A stretch of DNA of 64,000 bases from an uncultured Planctomycetota bacterium. Its GTDB lineage: Bacteria > Planctomycetota > Planctomycetia > Isosphaerales > Isosphaeraceae. A program made the position numbers and the translations under genes. The notes under the pieces are model-generated. The model was not told the DNA's origin. It was given only the letters and a program-made list of their open reading frames with translations, and did not search any database. Positions 44,395 through 54,097 of the stretch are shown one piece after another; the stretch's first letter is position 1; each line of letters opens with the position of its first letter. The DNA lies in contig CAWJTV010000022.1 in assembly GCA_963845755.1 (NCBI GenBank), forward strand, positions 32,001 through 96,000. The letters are read 5' to 3'.

Positions 44395-44560
44395 TCGACC
44401 CTTAGAGGAATACGAGATCCAGTGCTCGGGCACTCCTCGGGTACAGCCATTCTGGGTCGCCAAGCAAGAGTTGATCAATCTGAGGACCGATCGCCATCTC
44501 ACTCTTCGTGAGGCTGCTGGGAAAATGGGGCTGGGAGTCTCGGTTGATTATTATCCGTAG
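44378..44560 (+). CDS. Small ORF (60 aa) or C-terminal half of the 44194 gene
   Basis: TTG-start ORF overlapping the previous stop; ends GLGVSVDYYP. Confidence 0.45.
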   Translation: MILRHDRPLEEYEIQCSGTPRVQPFWVAKQELINLRTDRHLTLREAAGKMGLGVSVDYYP

Positions 44561-45032
44561 CGTTCTCGCGAGCTTGGCTTGCCCCGCCCAGGACTCGGCA
44601 AACGCAAGGAGATCCGAGGCAGACATCTCAAACGAGCAAGTCTGGGATGCTCCAAAGGTCTCGCTCAGCGACCCGCGGATGGTCTTCCGGGCCGGGTCGT
44701 CGAAACTCTCGAGCGCACGCAGGCGGCGACGGTGATCGTCGCCGCCATGCCGTGGGCAATTCGAAGTCCGAGGCGATGGGGACTCTGGCCATCGTGCGGT
44801 CAGCGCCCCGATGAATCTGCGGGAAGCCCGGCTCCCAAGGGGCTGGCCAATCCTTCGCTCGGGCGGCGATGATTCCGAGATTTGGGGCTCTGGAGTCCCT
44901 GAGAAAAGGGGGCGGGCCCCGCAGTCTTCGAGGTGCCTGTCCCCGTCCTCTCAGCAAGATCCAATCGGCAATGTATGCCGCCAAAGACATGATCGGTTAC
45001 TGACATCACAACTCAACAGAGGCACTGGCGCC

Positions 45033-47424
45033 ATGTCTCAGGGATCGGAACCCCTCACAACTGTGTTGAATAATGACATACGCGTATTTGGGTTAACCCA
45101 GATCGACGGCGCAAGGGCGCACCTCGGTGCAGCCATGAGTCGGGCCGGAAGCCCGAAGTCCGTCTGTCTCGTCACGGCCCTCACGGTGACCGATTTCATC
45201 GACCTGGAGCTGACCGCCAACGGAGTCACGACTACGGGAGCGCAGCTCGGTGTGCTGACCCTCGCTGCGATCCTGAGAGAGAAGGGATTTCTGCCCCAGA
45301 TCGTGAACCTGGATGACCTCTTTCTGGAATACATCAAGGGCGGCAGACTCCTGCCCGTGGTGGAAGGGGGAAGAGAAGCCAGCCACGCGCCAGCGAGAAA
45401 TGGAGGCGCCGTCGCGGACTCGCATCCGAACAGTCCGGTCTCCTTCTTCGCGTATACCGTTGAGCACTTGAAGCCGCTCTCATTCGACGTTCTCGGGTTC
45501 AGTTCCATCTGCAGCTCGTACCCACTCACCCTGCGTCTGGCCCGGGAAGTCCGACGATCCAACCCGGATGCGTGGATCATCCTGGGTGGGCCTCAGGCCT
45601 CGGTCGTCGACGTGGCAACGATGCGCGAATTTCCGTGCGTTCAACTTCGTCGTCCGCGGCGAAGCGGACGACACGTTCCCGATTCTCCTGGACCACCTTT
45701 CCGTTCCCGATCCTGGCGGCTGGGAAGGCATGCCGGGCATCACATTCCGACGCGGGGACGACGTGATCCGGAATCCCAACGCCTCGCCCGTCCGCGATCT
45801 CGATTACGTGCCGCTCCCCGCCTTCGACCTCGATGCGAAGATCCGGGAGCGGGATGGTATCCATCTGGAGATCGGACGCGGTTGTCCGTTCACCTGCACC
45901 TTCTGCTCCACCAACGACTTCTTCCGGCGGAGCTTCCGCCTGAAGTTGACGCAGAAGACCATCGAAGAAATGCAGTACCTTCACGAGCAATATGGATTCA
46001 CTTACTTCAGCTTCGTCCACGACATGTACACGGTGGACCGCAAGAAGGTCGTCGAGTTCTGCCAGGGCCTGATCGAACTCGGAAAGCCCTTTACGTGGGG
46101 CTGCAGCGCCCGGACGGACTGCGTCGACGACGAATTGCTTGCACTGATGGCGGCCGCGGGGTGTCGAGGGATTTTCTTCGGGATCGAAACCGGCTCCGAA
46201 CGAATGCAGAAGGTGATCCACAAGAAACTCGACCTGGCCGAGGCCTGGAAACGGATCCAGTGCGCGGACCGACACGGGGTGAAGATGGCGGTCGCCTTGA
46301 TCATCGGCTTCCCGGAGGAGACACGCGACGACCTGAGGGACTCCATCCATTTCTTCATCGAGTCGCTTCGTTACGACCAAGCGAAGCCCCAGATCTCCCT
46401 CCTGGCGCCGCTCGCGGCAACCCCGATCTACGATCGTTACAAAGGACAACTGGTTTTTGATCGCATTTTCTCCTCCATGTGTCATCAGGGCTGGCAGCAG
46501 GATGCCGACGAGCTGGCGTTGATCGAAAGCTATCCGGAAATCTTCCCCGACTTCTACGCGATCCCGCTGACCTGGCTGGAACGCCCCTATCTCAGGGAGT
46601 TGGTGGAGTTCATCATCTATGTAATAGAGTGGTTCCGCTGGCTGCCGCTTGCCCTGCTTCAGGACTCCGGGGACTTCCTTGCGGTTTTCGACCGATGGCG
46701 GAACTGGTTGTCAGGACGAATTGCCAGCGAAGGCGACGGAGAGGCGGGTCGGGCACCTTATTATTCCAATGGGAGCTTCCCCAAGGAGTTCCGGCAGTTC
46801 GTTCAGACTTGCTACCTGGAAGAAATGGCCACGGCGCGGGTCGCAATCGAAACACTGCTACGAACTGGAGACTCGCGCCCGGAAGCCGCACACGACGAAT
46901 CGTCTCGATCGATCGAGGAGACTGACCGGTGGGAAGAGGATTGCGTGCCTTTTCTGCGGAAGGACCTGTGCGTTCAGGAACTCGATGTCAACTACAAGGA
47001 GCTGATTGAAAGCCTGCGGAACAACTGGGACCTCAGCCGGGTCTCGCGACTTGCGACCACGATCGTCTACCGGCCGATGAGAGAGAGGTGCCTGCAGGTG
47101 TGGCAACTCACCCCGCTTTCCGCGACCCTGTTGCGCCTGTGTGACGGCAGGAGAACGATCCACGACGTCGTTCGGGAGTTCTCACTGCTGGATACCGATG
47201 TCGTCGGGATCCCGGCCGAGAAGGTCGTGCTCTTCGGATTGATGCGGCTACGGGATGAAGGATTCATCGGCCTTTCCTCCGGTCCGGTGCCGGAAGAGGA
47301 GCCGAGTTTGGCCGACGGAGCACCGGCGGAGCGGCCGTTTAATCCGGCGATGCTTCAAGCGACCGGTACACAGCAACCTTGGCCCCCGCGCCGAGCAAAT
47401 GAAGGTCTCATGCAGGTCGTTTGA
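45033..47424 (+). CDS. Cobalamin-binding radical SAM enzyme with C-terminal RRE/PqqD-like extension (frameshift near 45640)
   Basis: B12 domain (QLGVLTLAAIL, LGFSSICSSY, IILGGPQAS, VVRGEAD); RGCPFTCTFC; GIETGS; IIGFPEET; tail WQLTPLSATLLRLCDGRRTIHDVV...LRDEGFI. Confidence 0.9.
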
Positions 47425-47674
47425 CCCGTCACGAGGGATCGTCAGAAACTGATCCGATCTGCCTTCACTGGCTGCATGTCGTAGCTTCCGGGGAGCAAAC
47501 CGCCGCTAGTGCGTCAGCTCTTGGAAAGCGCGGAGGGAATGCCGTGGCAGACGTCCAGGTCAAGGTCCCGGCCAGGCCTCGGACTGTCCGACATGCAGCT
47601 CCAACACCTCGGGGACAAGCTAGAGCGCCTAACGGCTGAGTAGCGCAGGCCCCTGGGTGATGCGAATACACCGC

Positions 47675-48026
47675 CCTGCCCCCCCTTCGAAAGCGGGGAA
47701 AAGAAATGGGCCGGTCCGCTTCAATGGTCCCCCCCTTACGAAGAGGGGGTCAGGGGGAGTTCCCACGCTCTGCGTCGTCGAACGAAAGCCCTCCGAATTT
47801 TATCGAGACCAACGCGGTGATGTGCCCCAACTTGAGCGACATCGCCTACGACCCGGTGGAGCGTGGCGACGTTTGCGATCCGACCCCTGGGCGATCCTTC
47901 GGCGCACGGAACTCTGCCGAGAGGGCGTCATGAGTTTCGGTGACAACCGACCGGTCATCCGGAATCGAAGACGAAGACGACGCAGAGCGTCGAGGGCGGC
48001 ATTCCCACGCGGAGCGTGGGAACGAG
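47675..48026. repeat. Cluster of REP-like palindromes
   Basis: Two CCCCCCTT-n-GGGG hairpins; ACGCTCTGCGTCGTC (~47765) is inverted to GACGACGCAGAGCGT (~47977); terminal TTCCCACGCGGAGCGTGGGAACGAG. Confidence 0.65.
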
Positions 48027-48087
48027 TGATGAGTATGTTTTCCCATCGGGCGCGGAAACAGCCTTCATTTCAGGAGTTGATCCTCTC

Positions 48088-49749
48088 ATGGCCAAGGCGA
48101 ACTACGTCGTCCTTCCCAAGAGTGAACGCAAGATGGTCGCCGGAGCACGGTTGGTTGGACCATCGCATCCCGACGAACTCATGGAAGTGTCGGTGCACAT
48201 CCGGAGGGCCCATGACATTCATGGGGCCGGAGGGTTGCAAGCACGCGACCTGACCCATGAGGAAATGGCGAAACAGTACGGCTCAGACCAGAGTGACCTG
48301 GCAAAGGTCGCCGCCTTCGCCCAGCAACACGGGTTGGTCGTGGTCGAATCCAGTTCGGCCAAAAGGCTCGTGAGACTCTCAGGGACTGTCAAGGCATTCA
48401 GTGAGGCATTTGACGTGAGCCTGGGGCACTACGAGCATCCGAATTTCACGTACCGTGGTCGCACTGGCTCGATCAGCATACCGAAGACCCTCGATGGAAT
48501 CCTCACCGCAGTGCTCGGGCTCGACAACCGTCCTTTTGCCCGGCCCCATTTCATCAGGAGAAAAGAGCATCCTCGCGGCAAGGCTCATCCGGCAGACTCC
48601 TCAGCGAGTTTCTCGGGATTCTCGCCTCTGACGATCGCCGATCTGTACAGCTTCCCTCCGGGCGACGGCACGGGCCAGACGGTCGGGATCATCGAACTGG
48701 GCGGCGGCTTCCGCCCGGGCGATCTGGAGACCTACTTCTCGGGAATCGGCATCACGCCGCCTCCGACGGTGCTGGCGTTCTCGGTGGATAAGGCAACCAA
48801 TAGCCCCGGGACGTTACAGCAACCCGATCCGTCCAACGGCGAAGTGATGCTCGACATCGAGATCATCGGGGCCATCGTCCCGAAAGCGACGATCGTCGTG
48901 TATTTCTCGCCCAATTTGACAGACGCCAACTTCTCCGACGCGGTCCTCGCCGCCGTCCATGATACCGTGAACAAGCCATCGGTGATCTCGATCAGTTGGG
49001 GTGGTCCCGAGGACGAAGCCACCGGGCAGTTCCTGGACGCTTTCAAGACGGCGCTCGAGGACGCTCAGAGTCTCAATATCACCGTTCTCGTCGCTTCGGG
49101 AGACGACGGCGCTGCGGATATGCAACCCACGGGTCTGTTCCCATGGGATGGCAAGGCGCATGTCGATTTCCCCGCGTCGAGCCCGTTGGTGCTTTCGTGC
49201 GGTGCGACCCGAATTGATCTCTCGGGGACAACGCTGGCCGGCGAAGCCGTGTGGAACCAAGGGTTCGCGGATCTCGAGGGGAACAGCTTCGGTTCGGCAG
49301 GTGGCGGCATCAGCGATGTCTTCACCCCGCCACCGTCGTGGCAGGCGAGCCTCACATTGCCCGCCTCGGTGAACGGCGGGCCCCCGGGACGCGGAGTGCC
49401 CGATGTCACCGGCGTTGGGGACCCGGGTTCCGGGTATTTCATCCGCTTCGATGGCGAGGACACCATCACCGGTGGGACCAGCGCCGTGGCCCCGCTCTGG
49501 GCTGGGCTCATCACCCGCATTAACCAGATTCTTGGGAAACCGGTCGGATTCGTGAATGCGACCTTGTATGCCTATCCGAACGCCTTCAACGACATCACCC
49601 TTGGCAGCAACCGGGTTAGCAGCTCCGGCGGAAGCGAGAACCTCGGGTACGATGCCACCAAGGGCTGGGACGCCTGTACCGGCCTGGGCAGCCCAATCGG
49701 TACTGCCGTGCTGGCCGCCCTCCGGTCCGCCGCCGCAAGTCGTCGGTAA
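48088..49749 (+). CDS. S53 peptidase (kumamolisin/sedolisin) with prodomain
   Basis: DGTGQTVGIIELGGG, GEVMLDIE (Glu/Asp), SISWG, SGDDG, RGVPDV, GGTSAVAP (Ser), GWDACTGLGSP. Confidence 0.94.
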   Translation: MAKANYVVLPKSERKMVAGARLVGPSHPDELMEVSVHIRRAHDIHGAGGLQARDLTHEEMAKQYGSDQSDLAKVAAFAQQHGLVVVESSSAKRLVRLSGTVKAFSEAFDVSLGHYEHPNFTYRGRTGSISIPKTLDGILTAVLGLDNRPFARPHFIRRKEHPRGKAHPADSSASFSGFSPLTIADLYSFPPGDGTGQTVGIIELGGGFRPGDLETYFSGIGITPPPTVLAFSVDKATNSPGTLQQPDPSNGEVMLDIEIIGAIVPKATIVVYFSPNLTDANFSDAVLAAVHDTVNKPSVISISWGGPEDEATGQFLDAFKTALEDAQSLNITVLVASGDDGAADMQPTGLFPWDGKAHVDFPASSPLVLSCGATRIDLSGTTLAGEAVWNQGFADLEGNSFGSAGGGISDVFTPPPSWQASLTLPASVNGGPPGRGVPDVTGVGDPGSGYFIRFDGEDTITGGTSAVAPLWAGLITRINQILGKPVGFVNATLYAYPNAFNDITLGSNRVSSSGGSENLGYDATKGWDACTGLGSPIGTAVLAALRSAAASRR

Positions 49750-50027
49750 CGTGCCTTTCGGCCGTAACCACCGAGAAGAACGGCTGCCCCGATTTCAAGG
49801 AATCCCCTGCTTTGATCTCGGGGTGGCCGTCACTATGCGGGTCTCTGGAGGGAACTCCGTGGGCCTCGGGCCGCGTTGCGGCCTCGACCCACCCTACGGG
49901 GGCGTCTCGTACATCTTTTTAGCCTATTGATCCGACTGCTTACTCCGAGGATAATGTGCTCGCGACGACGATCGGTCCGGGCGTCGGTGCTGCGTCGCAC
50001 GGATTTCGAACCCATATCGGAGGCAAC

Positions 50028-50483
50028 ATGGCCAATCCCCTGACGTTATTGATGCCACTGGTCCCAAACACCGACCCGCTGGCAATCGCCACGGTGGTCA
50101 AGACCAATCAGGCCGCGATTAATTCCGCACTGACGTCGATCGGCACGGTGCATTTCGCCCGATTCCTGGTCCTGGACGCCTCCGTGCCCAACCTCCAGCC
50201 CAGCGGGAAGAGCACGGACACCTTGGTCCTTGGGGTGATCACGGAGTACGATGGCAACTTCGATGCGTACATCTCGGACTTCGTGAGCAAGATCGGCTTC
50301 GTCTTCGATGCCTTGCTCCCCTTCGTCGTCGGAGGCGCGGGGCTGGTCCCCGTGGCCAAGAACCTGAATGCGTTCACGGCCTTCGTCCAGCAGAATGACG
50401 CGGCGCAGGACCCGGCGGAACCGGCACTCTACAGCGCCTATCCGTTCACCGTCCAGCAGATCCTCGCCAGCGGCTTGAAGTGA
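50028..50483 (+). CDS. Small DyP-associated protein (probable dimeric alpha+beta barrel)
   Basis: RBS GGAGG; GTVHFARF, VITEYDGNFDAYISDF, YSAYPFTVQQI; directly upstream of DyP. Confidence 0.75.
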   Translation: MANPLTLLMPLVPNTDPLAIATVVKTNQAAINSALTSIGTVHFARFLVLDASVPNLQPSGKSTDTLVLGVITEYDGNFDAYISDFVSKIGFVFDALLPFVVGGAGLVPVAKNLNAFTAFVQQNDAAQDPAEPALYSAYPFTVQQILASGLK

Positions 50484-50540
50484 GCCGAGGGGGGCGTCCA
50501 CGGGTACGCTCCCGGCCTTATTCCGATCGAAGGACCGCCC

Positions 50541-51966
50541 ATGACCGATCCGCCCATCGACTACGCCGATGTGCAGGGGACGATCCTCCGTGGCTACCGC
50601 GTGGATCTGGCGCGCCACTTCATCCTCGAGATTATCGATGCCGCCGGCGCAAAGGCGCTGATCGGCTCGATGGTCAACGGCAGTCCGGGGATCCCGCAAA
50701 TCAGCACCACGGCACGAGGGGCCTCGAAGCCCGAGTCGTTCGTGAATATCGGGTTCACGTGCCCCGGGCTGGCGAAATTGGGCCTGACGGCGGCTCAACT
50801 CGCGACCTTCGACCTGGGATTTCAGCGCGGGGCGACCTCCCCGGTCACCGCCGGGCTCGTCGGCGACGTGGGCGAGAGTGCGCCGGCACAATGGATCGGC
50901 GGGCTCGCCGACGGTACGGCGGTGCATGCGGTGCTCAGCCTCTGGGTGACCCAGGACCCGGCGGTCCTGGAGGGCGTGACGGCAACCCTGCGCAGCGTTC
51001 GTCGGCCGCATGAAGGAGCTTTCGTCGCATGACGCCCGGGCGCTGAGCGACAATCGGGTCCATTTCGGTTACCGAGACAGCATCGCGCAGCCCACCATCG
51101 CCGGCGCACCACCTCGGAAGTGTCCCGTGCCCGACGACCAGCCCGTCGTGAGCACCGGGGAATTCCTCCTCGGCTATCTCAACGAGTCCAATGCCACCTA
51201 CGCGGTCACGCCGGTCGAACTCTCCTTGAATAGCAGTTATTCGTCGTTCCGCATCCTGGAACAAGATGTGGAGGGATTCGAAGCGTTCCTGATCAAGTAC
51301 GCGGCCCAGCTCAAAATCGACCCCGAGACCCTGGCCGCGAAAGTCTGCGGGCGCTGGCGCAATGGCAATCCGTTGGAGTTGATGCCCGTCGAGGCCGGTC
51401 AACCCTTACCACTGGACCGACTCAACGACTTCATGTATGTCAACACCGATCCGAAAACGGACGATACCCTCGGCCTGAAATGCCCGATCGGGTCGCACAT
51501 CCGCCGCAACAACCCGCGCGACGGCGCGGTGGTCGGCGCCGGCTCCACGCATCACCGCATCGTGAGGCGTGCCATGCCCTATGGCCCCGACTACGATCCC
51601 CAGCATCCCGATCCTGCCCCCCGCGGTCTGATCGGTCACTTCATCAACGGCAGCATCACCAATCAGTTCGAGTTCTTGATGGGCCAGTGGGATAATACCT
51701 CGACGTTCGTCAAGTCCGCCCCGGGGATCGACCCCCAGTGCCCGGGCAACGCGGTCCTCAACATCAGCGGGGACGACGTGTTCCTGGGCGTCAACGACCC
51801 ATCGAGCAGCTCGTTCACGGTCGCGGGTTGCGGGAACGGCGGCAAGGGCAATTCCACGATTACCGGCTTCGGCCGCTTGATCACGACGCGAGGCGGCGTC
51901 TATTGCTTCCTGCCCAGCATCTCGGGCCTGAAGTATCTCGCCAAGCTTCCCGCTCCACCCGGCTAA
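50541..51966 (+). CDS. DyP-type peroxidase (frameshift near 51005)
   Basis: DVQGTILRGY, HFGYRDSIAQP, GEFLLGY, GRWRNG, CPIGSHIRRNNPR (proximal His), HRIVRRAMPYGP, RGGVYCFLPS. Confidence 0.9.
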
Positions 51967-52233
51967 TCCGGGGAATTCCCGAGGTGGCCGCGTCTTCTCG
52001 AGCGGAAAGCCCGCATGCTTCCGTGATGCTTCCACGGTCAGATGTTCGAGTCTTTGCTGGTTCATGGTCTCGCCACCGGGCATTGATCAACGCCCTCCTC
52101 CCTCCTCCCTCCTCTCGGATAAGGTGGCGGTGGAAGATTGTACGAGGAGCGCCGGCGACTTGAGGTTGAAGGCGCCGTACGATTGCTCGCCAGGTCCGAT
52201 GGGATGAATCAGAGATAAGAGACTTGAGTCGCT

Positions 52234-52539
52234 ATGCCAGGCAAGAAACCATGTCCCAACCCGGCTTGCGGAGAAGAGATCCATGATTGGCATACCGAAT
52301 GGCTGATTCCCGAACATCGCCGGCTGGTTTTCAACGGTCAGGCGGGTACGGACTGTCCGTTGTGCGGCTCTTCCATTCTGATCCCGAGTGAAGAGGTGGT
52401 CGGCTTGGCTCCCGACGCTTTCCCGATGTTCAGACGGACGAAAGCACAGGCCGATAGGTGGGCTTACTGGAGCACCGGCTCCCCTACCGTAGATGCCTGC
52501 TTCAAGACTCGGGAAGGTTCCCAATATGCCAACTATTAA
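52234..52539 (+). CDS. Small Cys-rich (zinc-ribbon-like) hypothetical protein
   Basis: CPNPAC...CPLCG; lower GC than its flanks. Confidence 0.6.
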   Translation: MPGKKPCPNPACGEEIHDWHTEWLIPEHRRLVFNGQAGTDCPLCGSSILIPSEEVVGLAPDAFPMFRRTKAQADRWAYWSTGSPTVDACFKTREGSQYANY

Positions 52540-52553
52540 TTCAAGATCTGAGC

Positions 52554-52853
52554 ATGATTACACTCACAAGTCTCCAACGCGATTTCCTCGACCGCTACTA
52601 CACTGAGATGGCGGATGCGGAGGTGGGTTACGCGACAACCTTGGCACGGCAGCATGGTTTTACCTATAACCATTTCAACCGATTCTTAGACAGTTATCGT
52701 CGATCTTGGGGCGGGGATCTCAGGGTTTGGGGGCGACCCTATCCTCCACTCTCGCCACCTCCTGATCCTCCAATTTTCCCGTGGTCCTCGATCCAGGATG
52801 TGGAAGAGCAGCTTCGAGCGGAAGAGTCGCGGGTCGCATTGGTACACGCATGA
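52554..52853 (+). CDS. Small hypothetical protein paired with the upstream Cys-rich ORF
   Basis: ATG 14 nt after the previous stop; MITLTSLQRDFLDRYYTEM... Confidence 0.55.
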   Translation: MITLTSLQRDFLDRYYTEMADAEVGYATTLARQHGFTYNHFNRFLDSYRRSWGGDLRVWGRPYPPLSPPPDPPIFPWSSIQDVEEQLRAEESRVALVHA

Positions 52854-53059
52854 CTGCGTTCATTCGAGGGAGTTCCAAGGGAGGTTTCCGGGGATATGGC
52901 TAGTTCCCCGGGCAAAATGCACAGGGTGGCGAGCGCGCCGGTTCTCGAGTTATCCATAATACACCAATATATCTAAAAATTCTCATAATGCGCCGCCGGG
53001 CGCGATGTGTTCAACCGAAAAATTACTGCAATCTATACATTTATCGAAATTATTTATTT

Positions 53060-54016
53060 TCATTCGATCTTCACGCCCGGCAGCAGCGTTTGCAATCGGT
53101 TCCGCCGATCTTCGGGGATGCCGATGTGAAGGGTCTTCAGATTCTTCAGCTCGCGAAGCTTCGCAATGCCCTCGTCGCTGACGTGCCAGCCGTCCAGGCC
53201 GAGATGTTCCAGGTTTTTCATGCCCGTCAAGGACTCGAGGCCCGCGTCGGAGATCTGCGGGTGCATCTCGTCGAGAGACAGGTATTTCAGGCGCGTGAGT
53301 TTCTCGAGGTGGGCGAGACCCCGGTCGGAAAAGCCCGCGCCGCCGACCCGCAACTCTTCCAGGTTCGTCAACGTCCCGAACGCTTCCAGGCTGGCGTCCG
53401 TCATCTTCGAATTGTCAACCTCGAGGATGCGAAGCCGCTTGAGCCCCGAGAGGTGCATGAACCCCTTGTCCGTGAGGTGGAACCCCCACCCGATGCTCAG
53501 TTCCTCGAGGCCCATCATCTGACCCACGTAGGACAGGTTCTCGTCGGTGACTTGCTCGGCGCCGATTTGCAGCGTTCTCACGCGCGATTGCGTGGCGACC
53601 TTGCGCAAGGCGTCGTCGGCCGGGCCCATGTTCACCCATTTGGCGTCCGCAGACCCCTTCTTGATGTCAACATAGAGGCTCACATGAACGATCGATTGAA
53701 AATACTCATCGCCGAACGCGCGCCTCAACCAGTCGGGCGCCCACGGCTTTCGGTTGGCGGTGAATTTGCCCCAGGACGGCATCCAGAGCCGATTGCCTCG
53801 CGGGACCTTGACGGGCCCGTTGACGAACTCCCAGTCGTAATGAACGAAGCCGCCGAACTTCTGGAGCGCCGCCACGGCTTCGCGCTGTTAACGCGCCTTG
53901 CCGACGATCCAACCCAGCCACAAGGCGATCGCGAGCACGAGCAGTAACAGCCCGCGAAGGCTGATGGTCTTCCAGCGTGCTTTCGGCCTGTTCTCCCGGT
54001 TCATGCCCGCGATCAT
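53060..54016 (-). pseudogene. Planctomycete membrane-anchored LRR protein with in-frame TAA at 53888-53890
   Basis: TISLRGLLLLVLAIALWLGW...KAR-stop-QREAVAALQKFGG; LRRs of the LxxLxxLxxLxL..ISDAGL type. Confidence 0.78.
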
Positions 54017-54097
54017 AGACCACGAACGATTTCGGAGCAAGCGACGGCCGAGGCAAGCCATTTCGTTCGGACTTATGGAATGACCGAAAGAGGGCCC

